A stretch of DNA of 60,385 nt, counting the filler, from Sphacelaria rigidula (Eukaryota): assembly GCA_964200075.2 (NCBI GenBank). It is 7 parts of 7 records of this genome, joined end to end, with 100 filler letters (N's around TTAATTAATTAA, not from the genome) between each part and the next. Parts side by side here need not be neighbours in the genome. Positions count along the whole stretch, not along the records: positions 34,567 to 43,106 come from CAXNAA020010851.1; positions 43,207 to 51,746 come from CAXNAA020010852.1; 5 more parts are not named here. One strand, 5' to 3'. The position numbers and the translations under genes are program-made. This document shows positions 34,567 to 47,424 of the stretch, one piece after another (positions within the stretch are counted from its first letter, which is position 1; each line of letters starts with the position of its first letter). The notes beneath the pieces were generated by a model, which was given only the letters and a program-made list of their open reading frames with translations, did not search any database and was not told the DNA's origin.

Positions 34567-37500
34567 GAATGCGTATGTTGGCGCAAATGCCCTTGCTCAT
34601 TCTTGCTTTGTAGTATCTAGTCCCGGCTCAAGCATTCGATCGAAACTGCAACTTGCCAACCGCGATGTTTACACATTGTTGTTAGTGTACACAGGCGGCA
34701 GTGGCAACACACATCACGGCTGCTGCTATTAATCCGTGAAGTGCGGTACACAGACGATGTTTAAAACCGCTCTTCACACGTGCGTTCCTGCGCTTGATCC
34801 GTCCGACGTACGCTCAGGCGACTTTCACGTGTAAACTCGCAGACTGCAATTCGGGAGGTGACGGATACTTGCTGTTGTAACGCGAAGTTGCTTTGCACAG
34901 CAACGCAGAGTAGCTTGTTATCAACGTACACAGGTAGTGGTGACGGCACATTTTTTTCCGATTGTTGTTGGTGTACAGAGGCGATGCACAAATATCCTGC
35001 CTGTCCAGTCTCATGGTCTCCTCCTGTTGTATTGTTATTAATGCACACCGGCAGTAGTGACAGCAAACGTCATGGCTGTCTTCGGTCTATAAAAGGCAGT
35101 GCATCGAACATTGAAAAGACTGCGCTTGAGGCCCTGGCTTATGCGCTCGATAGCGTAGACACAACACAGCCGATTTTGATCGGAGCAAACTGTATGGTTC
35201 GTAGTACTTTATGTTGGGAGAATGAATTGCCCCTTGTGCATGAGCGCATGCAAGAAATCGGCAACCCATGGCAGGGCGGAAGATACATACACACACCCTT
35301 CAAAACGAAGCTTGTCCCATGTTGCATTGTTCACATATTGTTATTAGTATTCACAGTCAGTTACCGAGAACAACATTGCTGTCCGATTGACTGTGAAAGG
35401 ACCAAAGGACCGCAATAAAAATTGGGCGCACCGGCTTAGCTTATGCGTTGGATCTAACACTCTGACATGAAACAGATGCGTCAAACTTTCCGGTGGCCGC
35501 TTTGAGTTTTTTTCAGCCTTCTCCGCGCGCTGAGGTGCTGCCTTGACCTTGCGCGCGGCTGTCAAGGCACAGGATAAGTCTTGACCGGTCTTTCCCTCGT
35601 ACTTCGTTCATGCTGCGCGGGAGTCCGCTTTTTTCTTGAGTTTCCAAACACCGAGCTTTTGAGAATTCCGCATTTATCACCTCGATAAACGCTGCTGTTC
35701 CTGAAGTCGCAAGTGCCGATTTTTCAACTCTATTTTCTCGGCAACGAGACAGAGGATTGGACTGCGGTTTGATGCGTGCGCTTCCCATACACCGGAACTA
35801 TTCAGTGTGGCGACAGGTTTCTGTACGAATGTCGCGGGGCCTGCAGCACTTTGCAAATCGCTGCTCCAAACACCAAATGTCCTGAAAAACGCGTTTCCTA
35901 CAACGTTCTCGGGCTTTTTGAATCCCCTGTGGCGAATGGAGCAGATCCGCTTGCGGTGCTGAATAGGTCTAGTGTGTATGCGGGGGGCTGTGAAGTTCCA
36001 GAGGCCGCTGTGCTTCCTGTCTCGAGATAATTGCGATGAAAATAATTACACCTGTCGCATACTAAACCTGGATAACTTGGGATGGAGCGTGTGTCATTTT
36101 GGGCAGAGGTTCGGCACAGGCCCGACCAGTCCATGACGTCTTCAATACGTCTTCAATACGTCTTCAGTATTCGTCCGCATTCTTTTTTTTTCTTTTTGGG
36201 AACCGGATTTTTGGTCGGTAAGGCCTTCATTCACCCCCATAACAGTACAGTGATATCTTCTCTGTACCCCCCGCTGCATCCCTTCCCTTCGTCTATGGGT
36301 ATCACCAAGTATCGAATTTCTCCTTTGGAGAGCGTCACCTCTTCCTCCCGCCAGCTGAAAAATACGTGGTTGATCGCCAGGGTGGGCTATCTCCATCTTG
36401 CATTCATTTCTCAAGCCAAAACCTCTGGAGCCGGTCACCTCTTCCTGCAAGCGGCTCTCAAATTGAACCCTTCCACCCCCAGGATGGGTCATCTGGGTTT
36501 TGCATTCATTTTTCAAGTAAAAAGTATGCCAATACAACAGATGACCGACCCTGGGGTGAGTGATACGTACCCGTTTATTCCCGAGGTACAAGCTCAAGTC
36601 GCGGCGGACGGAGGCTGTAGAGACGGTACGGTAAACATGGCGATACCGGTATAATCATCACAACAGACCAGGAGAAGAGCATAATTCAGTCACCATCATC
36701 TTGTCTATTTCATGACGTCATGTTTCTTGACCTTGGGTTCCCTGTGCGGCTGTGTACTCGAGCGGCAGCGCTTTTCTCAACAGAATATGTCGGAGTGCAT
36801 TACACTTGGACATACGCACGCAACGAAACAAAGTTACTCCGACTCAGATCTATCCTCAAAGATTTCTCCCGGAGGACCTTCTGTCTGTGCTTATTTTTCA
36901 CTTGCATCTATTGGGAGCGGCGCGTTACTGGGGACACTCGACCGAGGGGTAAATTTCACTCGCGCGATTCTCCACGGCTACGTGTAGGATTCGAGCGATG
37001 ATTGCTCCGTTGGGTGCTTCAAACCCCAATGCACCATACAGCAGTGGCCATTTTAGGGAACGTCTCGCGGTCAGCACAGTAAGCCGAAAAATTAGTTTTT
37101 TTTTTTTTAAGGTTTAGAGTGTACGCGTTCAAAGCACTACGACAAAGACTACTACTATAGGGTCGGCGTGAACGGTGTGCAAGAGTACGTAGCGTGTGAA
37201 CAGGGAGGGCGTCGTCTGAACACGCGACTTTCTCGTGAAAGGGGTGGACTGTAAAATCAAGTGTACCCGGGCGGAGCATCCCAGGAAAAATCGGAAAATA
37301 GGTGGGTTGTCTCTGGTCGGTATGGTGTCCTCGAACAGCCTGTCCACTTTTTGGGCCCCGATTGGCATGTCTAACAGTGATTGCCCACAATGCGGTTGTA
37401 GCGGCGCCTCATAGGTGCGTGCACACGGCGCGCCGTTTGTCCACCTAGACAGGGACGACCAACGCCAACAATAGCGTAACAATGCAGACGATCACAGCCC

Positions 37501-38899
37501 GAAAAAAATGAAATAGCAGCTCTATTCCACTCAAACGCACGCTTTTCCACTTATCTTTGTAGCAGACATCGCGACAAAAGCTGTTTGAACCCCCCGTTTG
37601 CACTACGGTCGATCCAGAGTCGAGTATTGGCATCTGGGGCCCTAGGTTTTATGGTCGCCCTGCGCACAATTTAGTATGTGGGCATTATCACCACCCATGG
37701 TCACAGGAAATGCCTCCATATATATCTATGTATATATTGTCGAGTGTTGCCCACTAGGTATTTTTATGCGATTTACCTTCTTTTTTTTTTGTTAAAAAAA
37801 AAATAGTGTTCACAGCACAAGGCGTTCACCGCAATACGGTGCGTACCCTTTAGGAGAAGAGAACGTTGTACTAACAACAGGGCTCACATAAAGCAGCAAC
37901 AACGTTTCTAGTTTCGCTGCTGTGTTGATTGTTACTCATTTTGCCTTGCTAGTTGTACGATCGTATGTATGCATGTTCATTGTTCTTGAATATAATCACG
38001 CTTATATGGGTTGATCTCTTGAGACGACGGATTTCTCTCGCGGAAGGGGGAGGGGGAGGGGCGAGCAGGGGTAAGAGTATGACGACAAAAAAGGGAGATT
38101 GCGCTCGGACGAATCGGGAACCCCGTTCTACGAATATGCGAAAACTGGAGAACCGGCTCGAAAACATGACGAGGGAATCAAAGTTTTCATCCCCGAACAT
38201 GTTTGCTGATACTTCACTTCGGGTCGTCGTGAAGGAAAACGCCGATTTCGAAGCTGTCGATTTTTTATGGATCACATGTTGGACTAATTCTCTCGTGTCC
38301 CGACATATCCGCGGCGCGGCGCGGCGTGACATGGCGACATGGAGCGGGGCGTGCCACTAACAGCGATGGATATCAATTTTTCGGCATGACACATTCAGAA
38401 AGACGGGTGCCTCTGTCCCCCCCCCCCCCCCGATTTTTAGATGGAATAGAGAGGCGGGCGTGGAAAGTTCTAGGAGGTTGTACGATCGTTTCCCGCCGTT
38501 CGGCGCGGGCGGTGCGCTGATTGATGATGCTAGCGCACGGCTCTTAATTGTGTGCCAACAGCCCTCACCCAGCGATGGGTCGACTAGATATCTGACTGCT
38601 TGAGACGCTTCCCTTGTGATGATTACCTGTGCAAGTTTTCCTCTGACGATGATGGTCGCGGTTCCCCTGTGTCGTCATGTGTGGGAGACTGATCGTACAA
38701 GAGTTAGAAAAACGCAGTACCAGCAAATACCCCATGTCCAGAGATCTTCTCAATGCTCCCGAAGCCAGGCAAGCGGCCAACATCCTAAATCCGGTATGAG
38801 GGCTTTTGTAAGGTCAATACCAACGCCAAACGTGCGGACCCTTGTCGAGCGGTTGCATATGTCTTGTGAACTGGGTTCCCACCATCCATAGTCATCACT

Positions 38900-39210
38900 G
38901 ATTGTGAAACACCCATGAGGTGGTATGTAACCCGTGGCTGTCTCTGGAAGTGATGACACCAGAAAATGAAGCAACTCATTGTAGGCTGTCATCCGAATGC
39001 AAGATGATCAGTACGCCCCGGGCCGAGTAATCGTAGCAGGGTGCAGGTCACCCTTCACGCGACTCGCTGACCACATCACGGCGCTTCGCGCTTGGTGATT
39101 GATGGCGAGCGTGGTCCGGCGAAAACCCGACGTGCTCCGTCCCGACTTTGTAGGGATTCAAGGTCAGTGGTCTCGCGGCCGCGGCATGCAATATCATGAG
39201 TACGCCCTCA
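38900..39210 (-). repeat. Interspersed repeat family A copy (uninterrupted)
   Basis: Similar to 11820-12070, to 10715-10798 joined with 11093-11120, and to 1-215 (reverse complement). Confidence 0.8.
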
Positions 39211-40019
39211 TGATTATCACAAAAGGCAGGCATAGCTGCTCAGGACCCGGAATTGTAGAGTTCATGAGGTCAATCTTGACACCCCTGGTTGCGTGACCGC
39301 CTGTGGGAACAAGATGACCAGCTGACGGTCCCACGGAGGTACAGTAGACGTGATATGGGAACCACCACGCCGAAATAGAGTAATACGGGGTATGACAAAC
39401 AATACACTTTACGCAGTGTAGTTATAAGCGGGCCGCGGAGAAAACCGTTCGTACAGCACAGCCACGAGAATCGATAGAAGAGTTGACATACGTGTAGAGT
39501 ACGACACGCTTGCTCGGCCTGCCGCGCCGGTGCAGCCACGGGGCTGCAGGTAAAGGACATGTCCTCAGTCCTCGTGCGTAAATTGAAGTTGAGCGCTCTT
39601 GCCACGAGATTGTCTTCTGGTACATTACGGTACAAGTGCTACTTTGCTGCACAGTATTAGTATTGCTTTGTGACTGACTGTATGCCTCGCGGGCTGACTT
39701 GCACGAACGGCGAATGGTATGCTCACAACAACACGATAGAGGATGACCACAAAGCACGGTAGCCACCCAACTTATTCGGGGTTGGCAGAACCAGACCACC
39801 AGCACACATACACATAGTCATGGTTTACAACGCCGCTCCGACGGTGTTGCATATAGCTCGTCGTGTATCCACTACTGCAGTAATGGCAACAGGCACGGAG
39901 CAACGCGACGACCGTTCATACGCAATAATGATCCCCGCTTCAATCTGTGACGCCGCTTTCCTTTTTCGGCGGTACTCTACATTCCCCCCACACTTGCCTA
40001 CCATCGTGCGTCCCGTCAG

Positions 40020-40276
40020 CACATATGGTCAAGTCGCCAGGGGGTGGGGATGGCAATGACGCAAGGGTCAAGAACTGGATACGCGCGGTAAGTGAAGCCA
40101 GACAAACCCTACGCACTATTCCACTTTTCCCTTCAGTACGTGACACACGCACATATAGCAGCAGCAGCAGCAGCAGCAGCACAAGTTTGCTCGATTTGTT
40201 TGGCGTTCGTTTCTCCGTACAACGGCAGAATATCCAGCCATCCAAGAAATTTTTGTGGCCCAAGGAAGAACTGCAG
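40020..40276 (+). CDS. Possible pair of small exons (40020-40087, 40229-40276) of an unidentified gene
   Basis: ccgtcag|...GCG|gtaagt and ggcag|...CAG|gttg splice in frame to HMVKSPGGGDGNDARVKNWIRA|NIQPSKKFLWPKEELQ. No recognisable domain. Confidence 0.3.
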
Positions 40277-40783
40277 GTTGTTGAGCCCTCCCCGCCGAGC
40301 GGCTGTGCATGTAGTTTGTTTCAAGCCCCCTTGGATACCTGATGAGGGATTTCTTCTAAGAGAAAAGTCACACCTGCTCGGAACTCGATCGGTACAGTAC
40401 ACACACATGTCTTGCTGTTTCATGTTTCACAAGTAGACCTGATATATATATATATATATATCACGCAAAAAAATATTAGACATGAAGAAAAAAGAGGAAG
40501 AAAGGGGAAAAAAGAAGAAAAAAACGTGTCCCAAAACGCGTATGCTTCACAATTGAGGTCCTTTCGGTCATTCCATGTGGGGCAAAAGTACCTGTCATGA
40601 TCCAGAGGTATGCTCACGAGAGGGCTTCATTTCGTCTACTTACATGTGCGGATATCACTGTGCTAGCAACACGGCTTCACACGTGATTTTAAGGGCATGA
40701 GCTCCTTCAACTTTTCCGCTGCTCTGTCTGTGTCTGTGTCTGCCTGTCTATCTCTCTCTTTGTGTCTCTGTCTCTGTCTCTAT

Positions 40784-40940
40784 CTCTCCGCAAGTTAACC
40801 CTTTGAGAACCCAGTGCTGGTTTTTGTTTTTATAAATCGGCATAAATTTCAGTCATTTTCAGTCATATTCAAGTCAAAATGATGCCGATCCCAAAAACAA
40901 AAATCATCACTGGGTTCCCAAAGGGTTCACTCGCGGAGAG
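40784..40940. mobile_element. ~157-bp hairpin MITE with a piggyBac-like inner boundary
   Basis: ctctccgcaagTTAAccctttgagaacccagtg ... cactgggttcccaaagggTTCActcgcggagag. Confidence 0.7.
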
Positions 40941-42480
40941 TAGGACAGCCGCGGCTGTTTTTTGTGAAGTTTCCGCGCCCGAAAAGACAGGGACCACCAA
41001 ACATATTGACCAGCAAACCCATAGGAAGGCTAGAAAATCGGCAGTACGTTAGTCAGTCAAGTCGGTGCAGCGCAGTCATCGTGCATGTGTGTTGTCCAGA
41101 ACTTTTTCCGCGTCTAGTGATTGATATGTTCATTGATTGTCGCACATTAAGTGATCGGCGAGGGACCCAGTTGTGGCCATGATCCGCAAGATAGACGTAT
41201 CCAAGGTGCACAGGCCGGAAACGCTCGCAAAAGAAAAGTCAAGGTGGTGAAAAAAAAAAATGATGAAACAAATGAACGAAGTAAACTGAGAAACAGGAAG
41301 AAACACATGCAACAAAACAAAGCAAAACATAATAAAATAAAATAGAACAAAAATCAAGAACAAGAACATATTTAAGCAGGAAATAGAAAGGAAAAGTAAC
41401 AGAAAAAGCACTAGGAGAGAAAAAAAAAATGAACTGAAAATCAAGCATATAATGAAGTAACCAACGAAAGTAAGCCTAGAAACGAGGCGGTCCCCCTACG
41501 GCATGGCTTGGGGTGAAAAGTATCATACAAACACAAATGATACATAGATGTGCATGTCTGCATGGGCTGGTGGATCGGCATGACGAGTACGTACATCTCA
41601 ATCGAGGTACAAGATGACCAACATTTCCAAGGTTGAGTTCTGCAGGGTTATATCGGCTGAAGTTCGGGCATGTACAGGAGTATACAAGACATATTTTACA
41701 GGTGAAAATACTCATCCAAACCGTGTCGTATTGTTCGGAACGAGGCTCGATACCCTGCCGGACCATACCGGAATGCTCGGTACACAGTTCGGTACTAGAT
41801 GGTTTGGTATGCCAACCAAATCTTCCGCACTTTCGGGTATACCCCCATATAACACAACCTTAAAATGTTCATTTATGTGCGTTTTCTCGTGTGTGTTGCA
41901 CGGTTGCGATCCGGGCGAATTTTGCACCGTGAACCTGAAAATGCCGTGGGTGTCACTAGCCAACAACAACCCCTTCCTCACCTCAGAGTCGTTCATCACG
42001 CAGTGATACATTGTGGGCGATACAGCACTCGATAGCCCGAGCCCCAGGCCGTAGGTCGCGGTAAAATAATTGATACATGTAGTTGGTTCTGCGCCAATCA
42101 ATGAGCTGGTGGACCGAAAGCAGCACGATCTATTTGAGACAAACGCGTCAGGTCAAAACGGGCTGTTTCCTTTATATTTTTTTGCAATGATTGTAACAAA
42201 GTGCTACGCAAGGTGGGGCTACTACTGCTCCTCCAACATGGGCACCAACACGTCTGTTTTTATTTATTTTTTTGTTCACTGTCTACCCTGCTTTGTCTGT
42301 CTCTTGTATCTTTTCTGTTTTATTTACTGTTCTTCAGCGAGTGTTACACCCCCCAAGGACGCGCACCGGCGGCTTGTGGAATAGCGCGCGAAAATGGCGT
42401 GAAGACGTTAATTTACCCGCGATCAACTGTTTTTGTTTCCCTCTGCCGCCGAGCAATCAGGTCTCGGAAACCTTCACACG

Positions 42481-42740
42481 CTGGATAATGACAATTTGTG
42501 GTCAACAGATGCAATAGACAAAAATATACTGGGTAAAGTACAGGCCTAATGCAGCTATTAACGGTAAATATAATATTGACAATATGTGGTCGATAGATGC
42601 AATGGACAAAAATGTACTGGGTAAAGTATAGGCCTATTGCAACTGTTGACGACCGACAATAGCTGCAATAGGCCATACTTTACCCAGTCCATTTTTCGGT
42701 TATTTTTACGTCTATTGACCACATATTGCCATTATCTAGG
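42481..42740. repeat. ~85-bp unit present twice in direct and once in inverted orientation
   Basis: gacaat(t/a)tgtggtc...actgggtaaagta(c/t)aggccta.tgca at ~42490 and ~42578; the inverted copy is tgcaataggccatactttacccagt...gaccacatattgcc at ~42664-42730. Confidence 0.8.
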
Positions 42741-43012
42741 GTGTGGGAATCTTTGATTTGGTGATTCAAACCAGCAACGATGATTCGTCCGACGCTTGTA
42801 AAGTTTGACCTCCACACAAAACAAAAAAATATACCTGTGATATACGAGTGAGCTTTTGTTTTGTCTGTCAATGCTGGTCGCCATTATGTGTCACACAATA
42901 ACTCCACCCGCCCCCCTTTTCCTTCCACCCGAGGAAATAGCATACTCTTTTTGCTATCATCTTATTCATCTCTTCATGTCTGTCTTCTCCAATCCCCTCC
43001 CTCCCTGCCCCC

Positions 43013-43058
<46 letters not shown>

Positions 43059-43106
43059 CGCCCGCACCCGCCGCGGCCGCGCAACGTAAGCGACACGCAC
43101 TACCGG

Positions 43107-43206
43107 NNNNNNNNNNNNNNNNNNNNNNNNNNNNNNNNNNNNNNNNNNNNTTAATTAATTAANNNNNNNNNNNNNNNNNNNNNNNNNNNNNNNNNNNNNN
43201 NNNNNN
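43107..43206. other. Artificial contig spacer
   Basis: 44 N + TTAATTAATTAA + 44 N. Confidence 0.98.
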
Positions 43207-43504
43207 GCTGTCTTCGTACCCCGCCTGGTCACCGTACAATTGCACGGTGTTGGCCGACCCATAGGAATGTGTCCAGGGAGGGGGCTGGTGTCCTGCGTGA
43301 TGGGGTTGACTGTGTGCAGAATTCACATGACGCTCCCTGGATCGACTTGCGGGCGCCCCGTCCTACGCCATGTGCAGAAAGTTTGCATGTGGCCTGAGTC
43401 ACCGCATGTAATGCATCATTTACGGGGGTCTGCGTGGTGGATCGGGGGTTGGTTGCGTACTGGACGGTATAAACCACCAGGATAACTTGAGTAGTCACAT
43501 CCAC

Positions 43505-44170
43505 CTAGCGGCGGATCATGATACGGCAGCTGGCTGCCTGGGGGGGGGCATCCGCACCCTCGCGCCCCGAACCACCGCACCTGGGAGTAGATCCTCGCCC
43601 CGCGCCTCGTCCTCCGCGTCTCGCTTGCTGTGCCGTTGCTGTTGTTGCTGAAGTTGCTGCTGCTGCTGGGGGTGCTGAAGCTGCACCTGGGGGGGGGGGT
43701 TGAGCTTGCATTCTATCGCGTCCGCCACCCCCATGACCCCCGAATCTGTCTGTACTATGGTACTGCTGCTGGCGTACACCATTCAACGCACCACGACCAC
43801 CACGTCTGTCCTGTACGTGCATATTTCGTTGTGCGTTGCATTCAGAGTCGTGATGATGAGTGGTATGGTGAAAATGACAAACAAACATCATGCTGTCGCC
43901 AACGTCTCTCACCCCCTTGCTGTCGTCCATGTTTCTGTACGACCCCGCCTCTGCCACCCCCCGTGGCAGAGACGAGTGCGTTGCCCTAAGTGCCGTCCTG
44001 TTCCCTGCCTGCCCTCCTCCGGGCCAGTTCCATCTCTCCATGCGCCGTCATCACCATGCGCTCAAGGGTCTCCGTCGCTACTTCATCTTGCTTGTCTTCT
44101 GGTATTCTAGCGATGATCTCGACTACTTTACTCTCCCAGTTGTCTATTTTTGATGTATTGAAAAACACTA
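43505..44170 (-). mobile_element. Probable LTR-retrotransposon gag C-terminal remnant
   Basis: A helical segment followed by a frameshifted Gly/Arg-rich region carrying a Cx2Hx4Hx4C knuckle (CHFHHTTHHHDSEC, 43838-43879). No pol seen on the contig. Confidence 0.5.
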
Positions 44171-46219
44171 TAGTTCCCGTCTAGTAATGCGTAGCCCGAC
44201 CGCTAGTGTACAAGGCTTAATTGCTTGCTCGGGGCAAGGATTAGTGGTTGAAAAAGGGTCTTGGCACCGAAAACACTCTTCTGTTGCATGAATTCCCCAG
44301 CAGAAAAGTTGTATTCTCCATATAAAAACGTAAAATCATCCACTCGTGCACTGAGGAAAGGGGGGGTTCAATCTTGGGGAATTCGCTCATACAACATAAC
44401 GTTAGAGCTCGATATCTTCGCCACACGATGAAGCGTGTGCCTCCCGCGGGTGTCTACTGCGAGCATCATATCGGGTATACCTAAAATAACAGAACCAAAT
44501 ATCTTAGTCGCATTTCCCCCATACGTCATGATCCAATCTCAATATCCATTTCCCCTGCATCCAGGGAGGTTCACGTGTGCCTATCCTCGAGCGTGAGTAT
44601 CTTCGATGAAGGGAGGCACCGTAAGCAGCATTTGCCGTGGGCTTAACAACGAACGGATTGTGTGTCTCATTCCGAAATAAGTATTTGCATGGCGAGGCTA
44701 CTTTCGCGGCGAGTCGCCGGCCCAGTGATTTCGTCGGAAAACATTTAGTAGACGATTGACAAATTCCGCGAGTACCTTATACGTGTGCGTGAAGGTAGCG
44801 TAGTGACCCCGGCAGGCAGTCGTGACGTCTACGCAAGAGGGGCCTCTTATCCGCTATTTTGACGTTTTGGTATTTGGGGCTCTTGCTCAGCCGTACAAGT
44901 AGGGTTGTGTATCTAGTGTATTCCGGGACACGCACGTTGTAATCAGGGCTGCGCATTGGGTTACGGCTTTGAGATATCCATGATGGTAAACATTATCGGC
45001 GTAATGTGAGTGTTGTAGGAGAATGCGTCAACAGAAAGTGGTCCGTTGCCGTTATGCGGGGTCGCTGCTGTACAGAAGCTCACATGCAGCAGTCAGTGCG
45101 GCCTTTTGCAATAATCTTGAAAACGTGTTTCACAAAATCCTGATTCACGATTCGTGAGTTTGTTTTGTGTAATGCCTTGATAAGCCATGCCGCGATGCTC
45201 GAGCTCCACTCGGTGGGGTTCATGTCGTATGGATATGCATGCTTTGCGCAATGAGCCCCGCACAACACCGAATACTTCACCAATTATATTTGTTCTCGAA
45301 CCCGTCGATCTGTCAACGAAAACGAGAACTGTTCGAGGAAGAACAACGATGAAGCTCCGAATCCACCGTAAACACGGAGCTCTGTCGGAGTTTCAAACCC
45401 GAGAATTTATTCAGCTAGTTTTCTGAAAGTCCGTATCTGCTTAGTCGGCATACTCGGCGACGGCGCGCACCTCTGTCTGACTCCTACAAACTATCCGAAA
45501 AATGTGGTGGACGGAAATACTCCAAGTTGTAGAGCAGAGAGTGGAGTTGCGGCGAAAAAATAGCATTCCTTCTGCTGTAAGCGATACTGATGAGTGATGC
45601 GACGTCCCTCACCATATCTCAGGGTGTCTTTCGAAATGTTGTGCGAGCTATGACCCGCTCCCCGCCACCGCGGATTCGTGTTGGATGCACACGACTTGTC
45701 GTGGTGCTCACGAACTTGATAAATATGCGTCGCTTTCATGAGAACACGGTCCAGAAACTGCGGCTTGATTGTTTTTTCGGAGATTCTACCGCACTATAGT
45801 AGATCCCATGCATTCGATCCTCCCTGTTTCGGACGCCCCAGCGCGCCATCATGGTCTGTTACTAAGAAAGAATCCGCGCCACTCTGTACCCTACATGCTG
45901 TATATTGATTCTATACCTCGTCTGAATCGGTGCTGTGTGGATGACAAAGACGTTGGCGGACAAATTTTGGGTTCCCTTCCTCGGACCAACCTGTACTTGC
46001 CGTATTTCCTCCTATACTCAGTTTTAGATGCGTTGCTTACCTCATTCTGCGTTCTGTCTTGCACCTTTCTGTTCTCCAGTTGCGCTTGGCATGCGTATAG
46101 TTTTACGTGGAGTCGCATCGTCGCTGTGTGTGTGAATGTGACTGTGTTTGTGTGTGTGTTGCGTTTTGTCTTTGCGGTGTTGTGTATCTCTCGCCCATCG
46201 CACTTTCCTGTGAAATCAG

Positions 46220-47424
46220 GGGTCCTTGTGGAGGAGATGCTCGAGGAGCTCGTGTCGCCGATGGTCGATGGTCGGACTAAAGGTAAGCCACCATGTCACA
46301 TGTAGAGCGGGTACATGTATGTCTGTGCGTCCCGTGCCCATGTTCACGTCATGTCGTTTCCCTCACTGCAGCTCGTTGAACGCTCGTAATTGCTGTGCAC
46401 ACTATGCACGCGAGAGCCTAGAGTGGCCGACGAACTACAAGGCCTCGCACACAGTGTGACGCTGCGCAAGTCGGACGGGAGCTATTTTGGATCTTTTTTG
46501 TTTTCATCATTCCAGTATACTTTTCCCCTCCCCCCCCTCCCCCCCCCCCCGCGCGTGCACGCTCTCGCGCCATTTGCCCTCTTGCATCGCGCAGGCTACA
46601 AGCACCTCACGAACTCAGCGTTGGAGAGAGAGCTACGATTTCATCACCGGAGAGATGACTGCTCCTCGCAAAACGAGTTGCCCGTGCTAGACACCGCTGA
46701 CGCCTCGGAGCTGAGGTCCTCGTGGTCATCATCGCCATCATCACCAGATTCTGATGAGAGAGAACTGCTGGCGAAGCGCGCACTTGAACGCATTTTCGGT
46801 ACTGCCCCCCCGACGTCTTGCGCGTCTTCTCCGTTTGCCTCATCCCACATGTCGTATTCGTCTGTCGGCCACAGCGGCGGCGGTGTCGGCGGCGGTGTCG
46901 GTGGCACCAGCACGCCTCATGATCCTAGCACGAGTACAAGCACGTGTCCTAGTGTACAAGTACACGATCTTGTTGCTTTCGGCGAGACCACGACAGGGAA
47001 GACAACGGAGATAGGGTCTGGGCTTTCGGCGTTCAGGCTCGGCCAAGGGATGGGAGAAGTAGAGAACGTACCCAGACCAGGGTGTGCACGACCCGATAAC
47101 CGCAGGACTGCAAGGCGCCGTCCTGCCCGAATGGGTACCGCAGAACGCCACGACACCGGCGGCGTAGTTGTTGCGGGCAAGTCGGGTGGGAGACGGAGAA
47201 ACATGCAAAGCGGAACTCTGTCGAACTTGTCACAGGGTTCAGGGAGCAACGAAATCGAAGGTAGACATAGAGGTGATGGCGGCAAGGGGCCACGAGGTAG
47301 AGTTGTATCTGCCGCGGGGGAAGGCGGTGTGCGGCCGAGACAGCAGCAGCAGCCTCCACACCATCACGTAGGCGCGGGTGGTGTTGTGCGATGGGGGCCT
47401 CCGGAAATGGTTCGTTCAGTATAG
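46220..47424 (+). CDS. Hypothetical low-complexity protein, 3' part; exons 46220-46282 and 46595-47424
   Basis: aatcag|GVLVEEMLEELVSPMVDGRTKG|gtaagc joins in phase 1 to cgcag|YKHLTNSALERELRFHHRR..., an ~830-bp open Ser/Gly-rich frame. No domain recognised. Confidence 0.6.

Noticed and set aside
34900-37000. Minus-strand gene with an internal repeat (NECK..THPG / NECK..AHPG)
   Set aside because: Frames are interrupted by stops and shifts, with no consistent splice model and no domain recognised.
41960-42060. In-frame TGA (42004-42006) as selenocysteine
   Set aside because: No selenoprotein motif, no supported gene model and no SECIS identified.
46390-46594. 5' part of the 344-aa ORF
   Set aside because: It reads through a pyrimidine/C-rich intron end; the real exon more plausibly starts at the acceptor at 46595.
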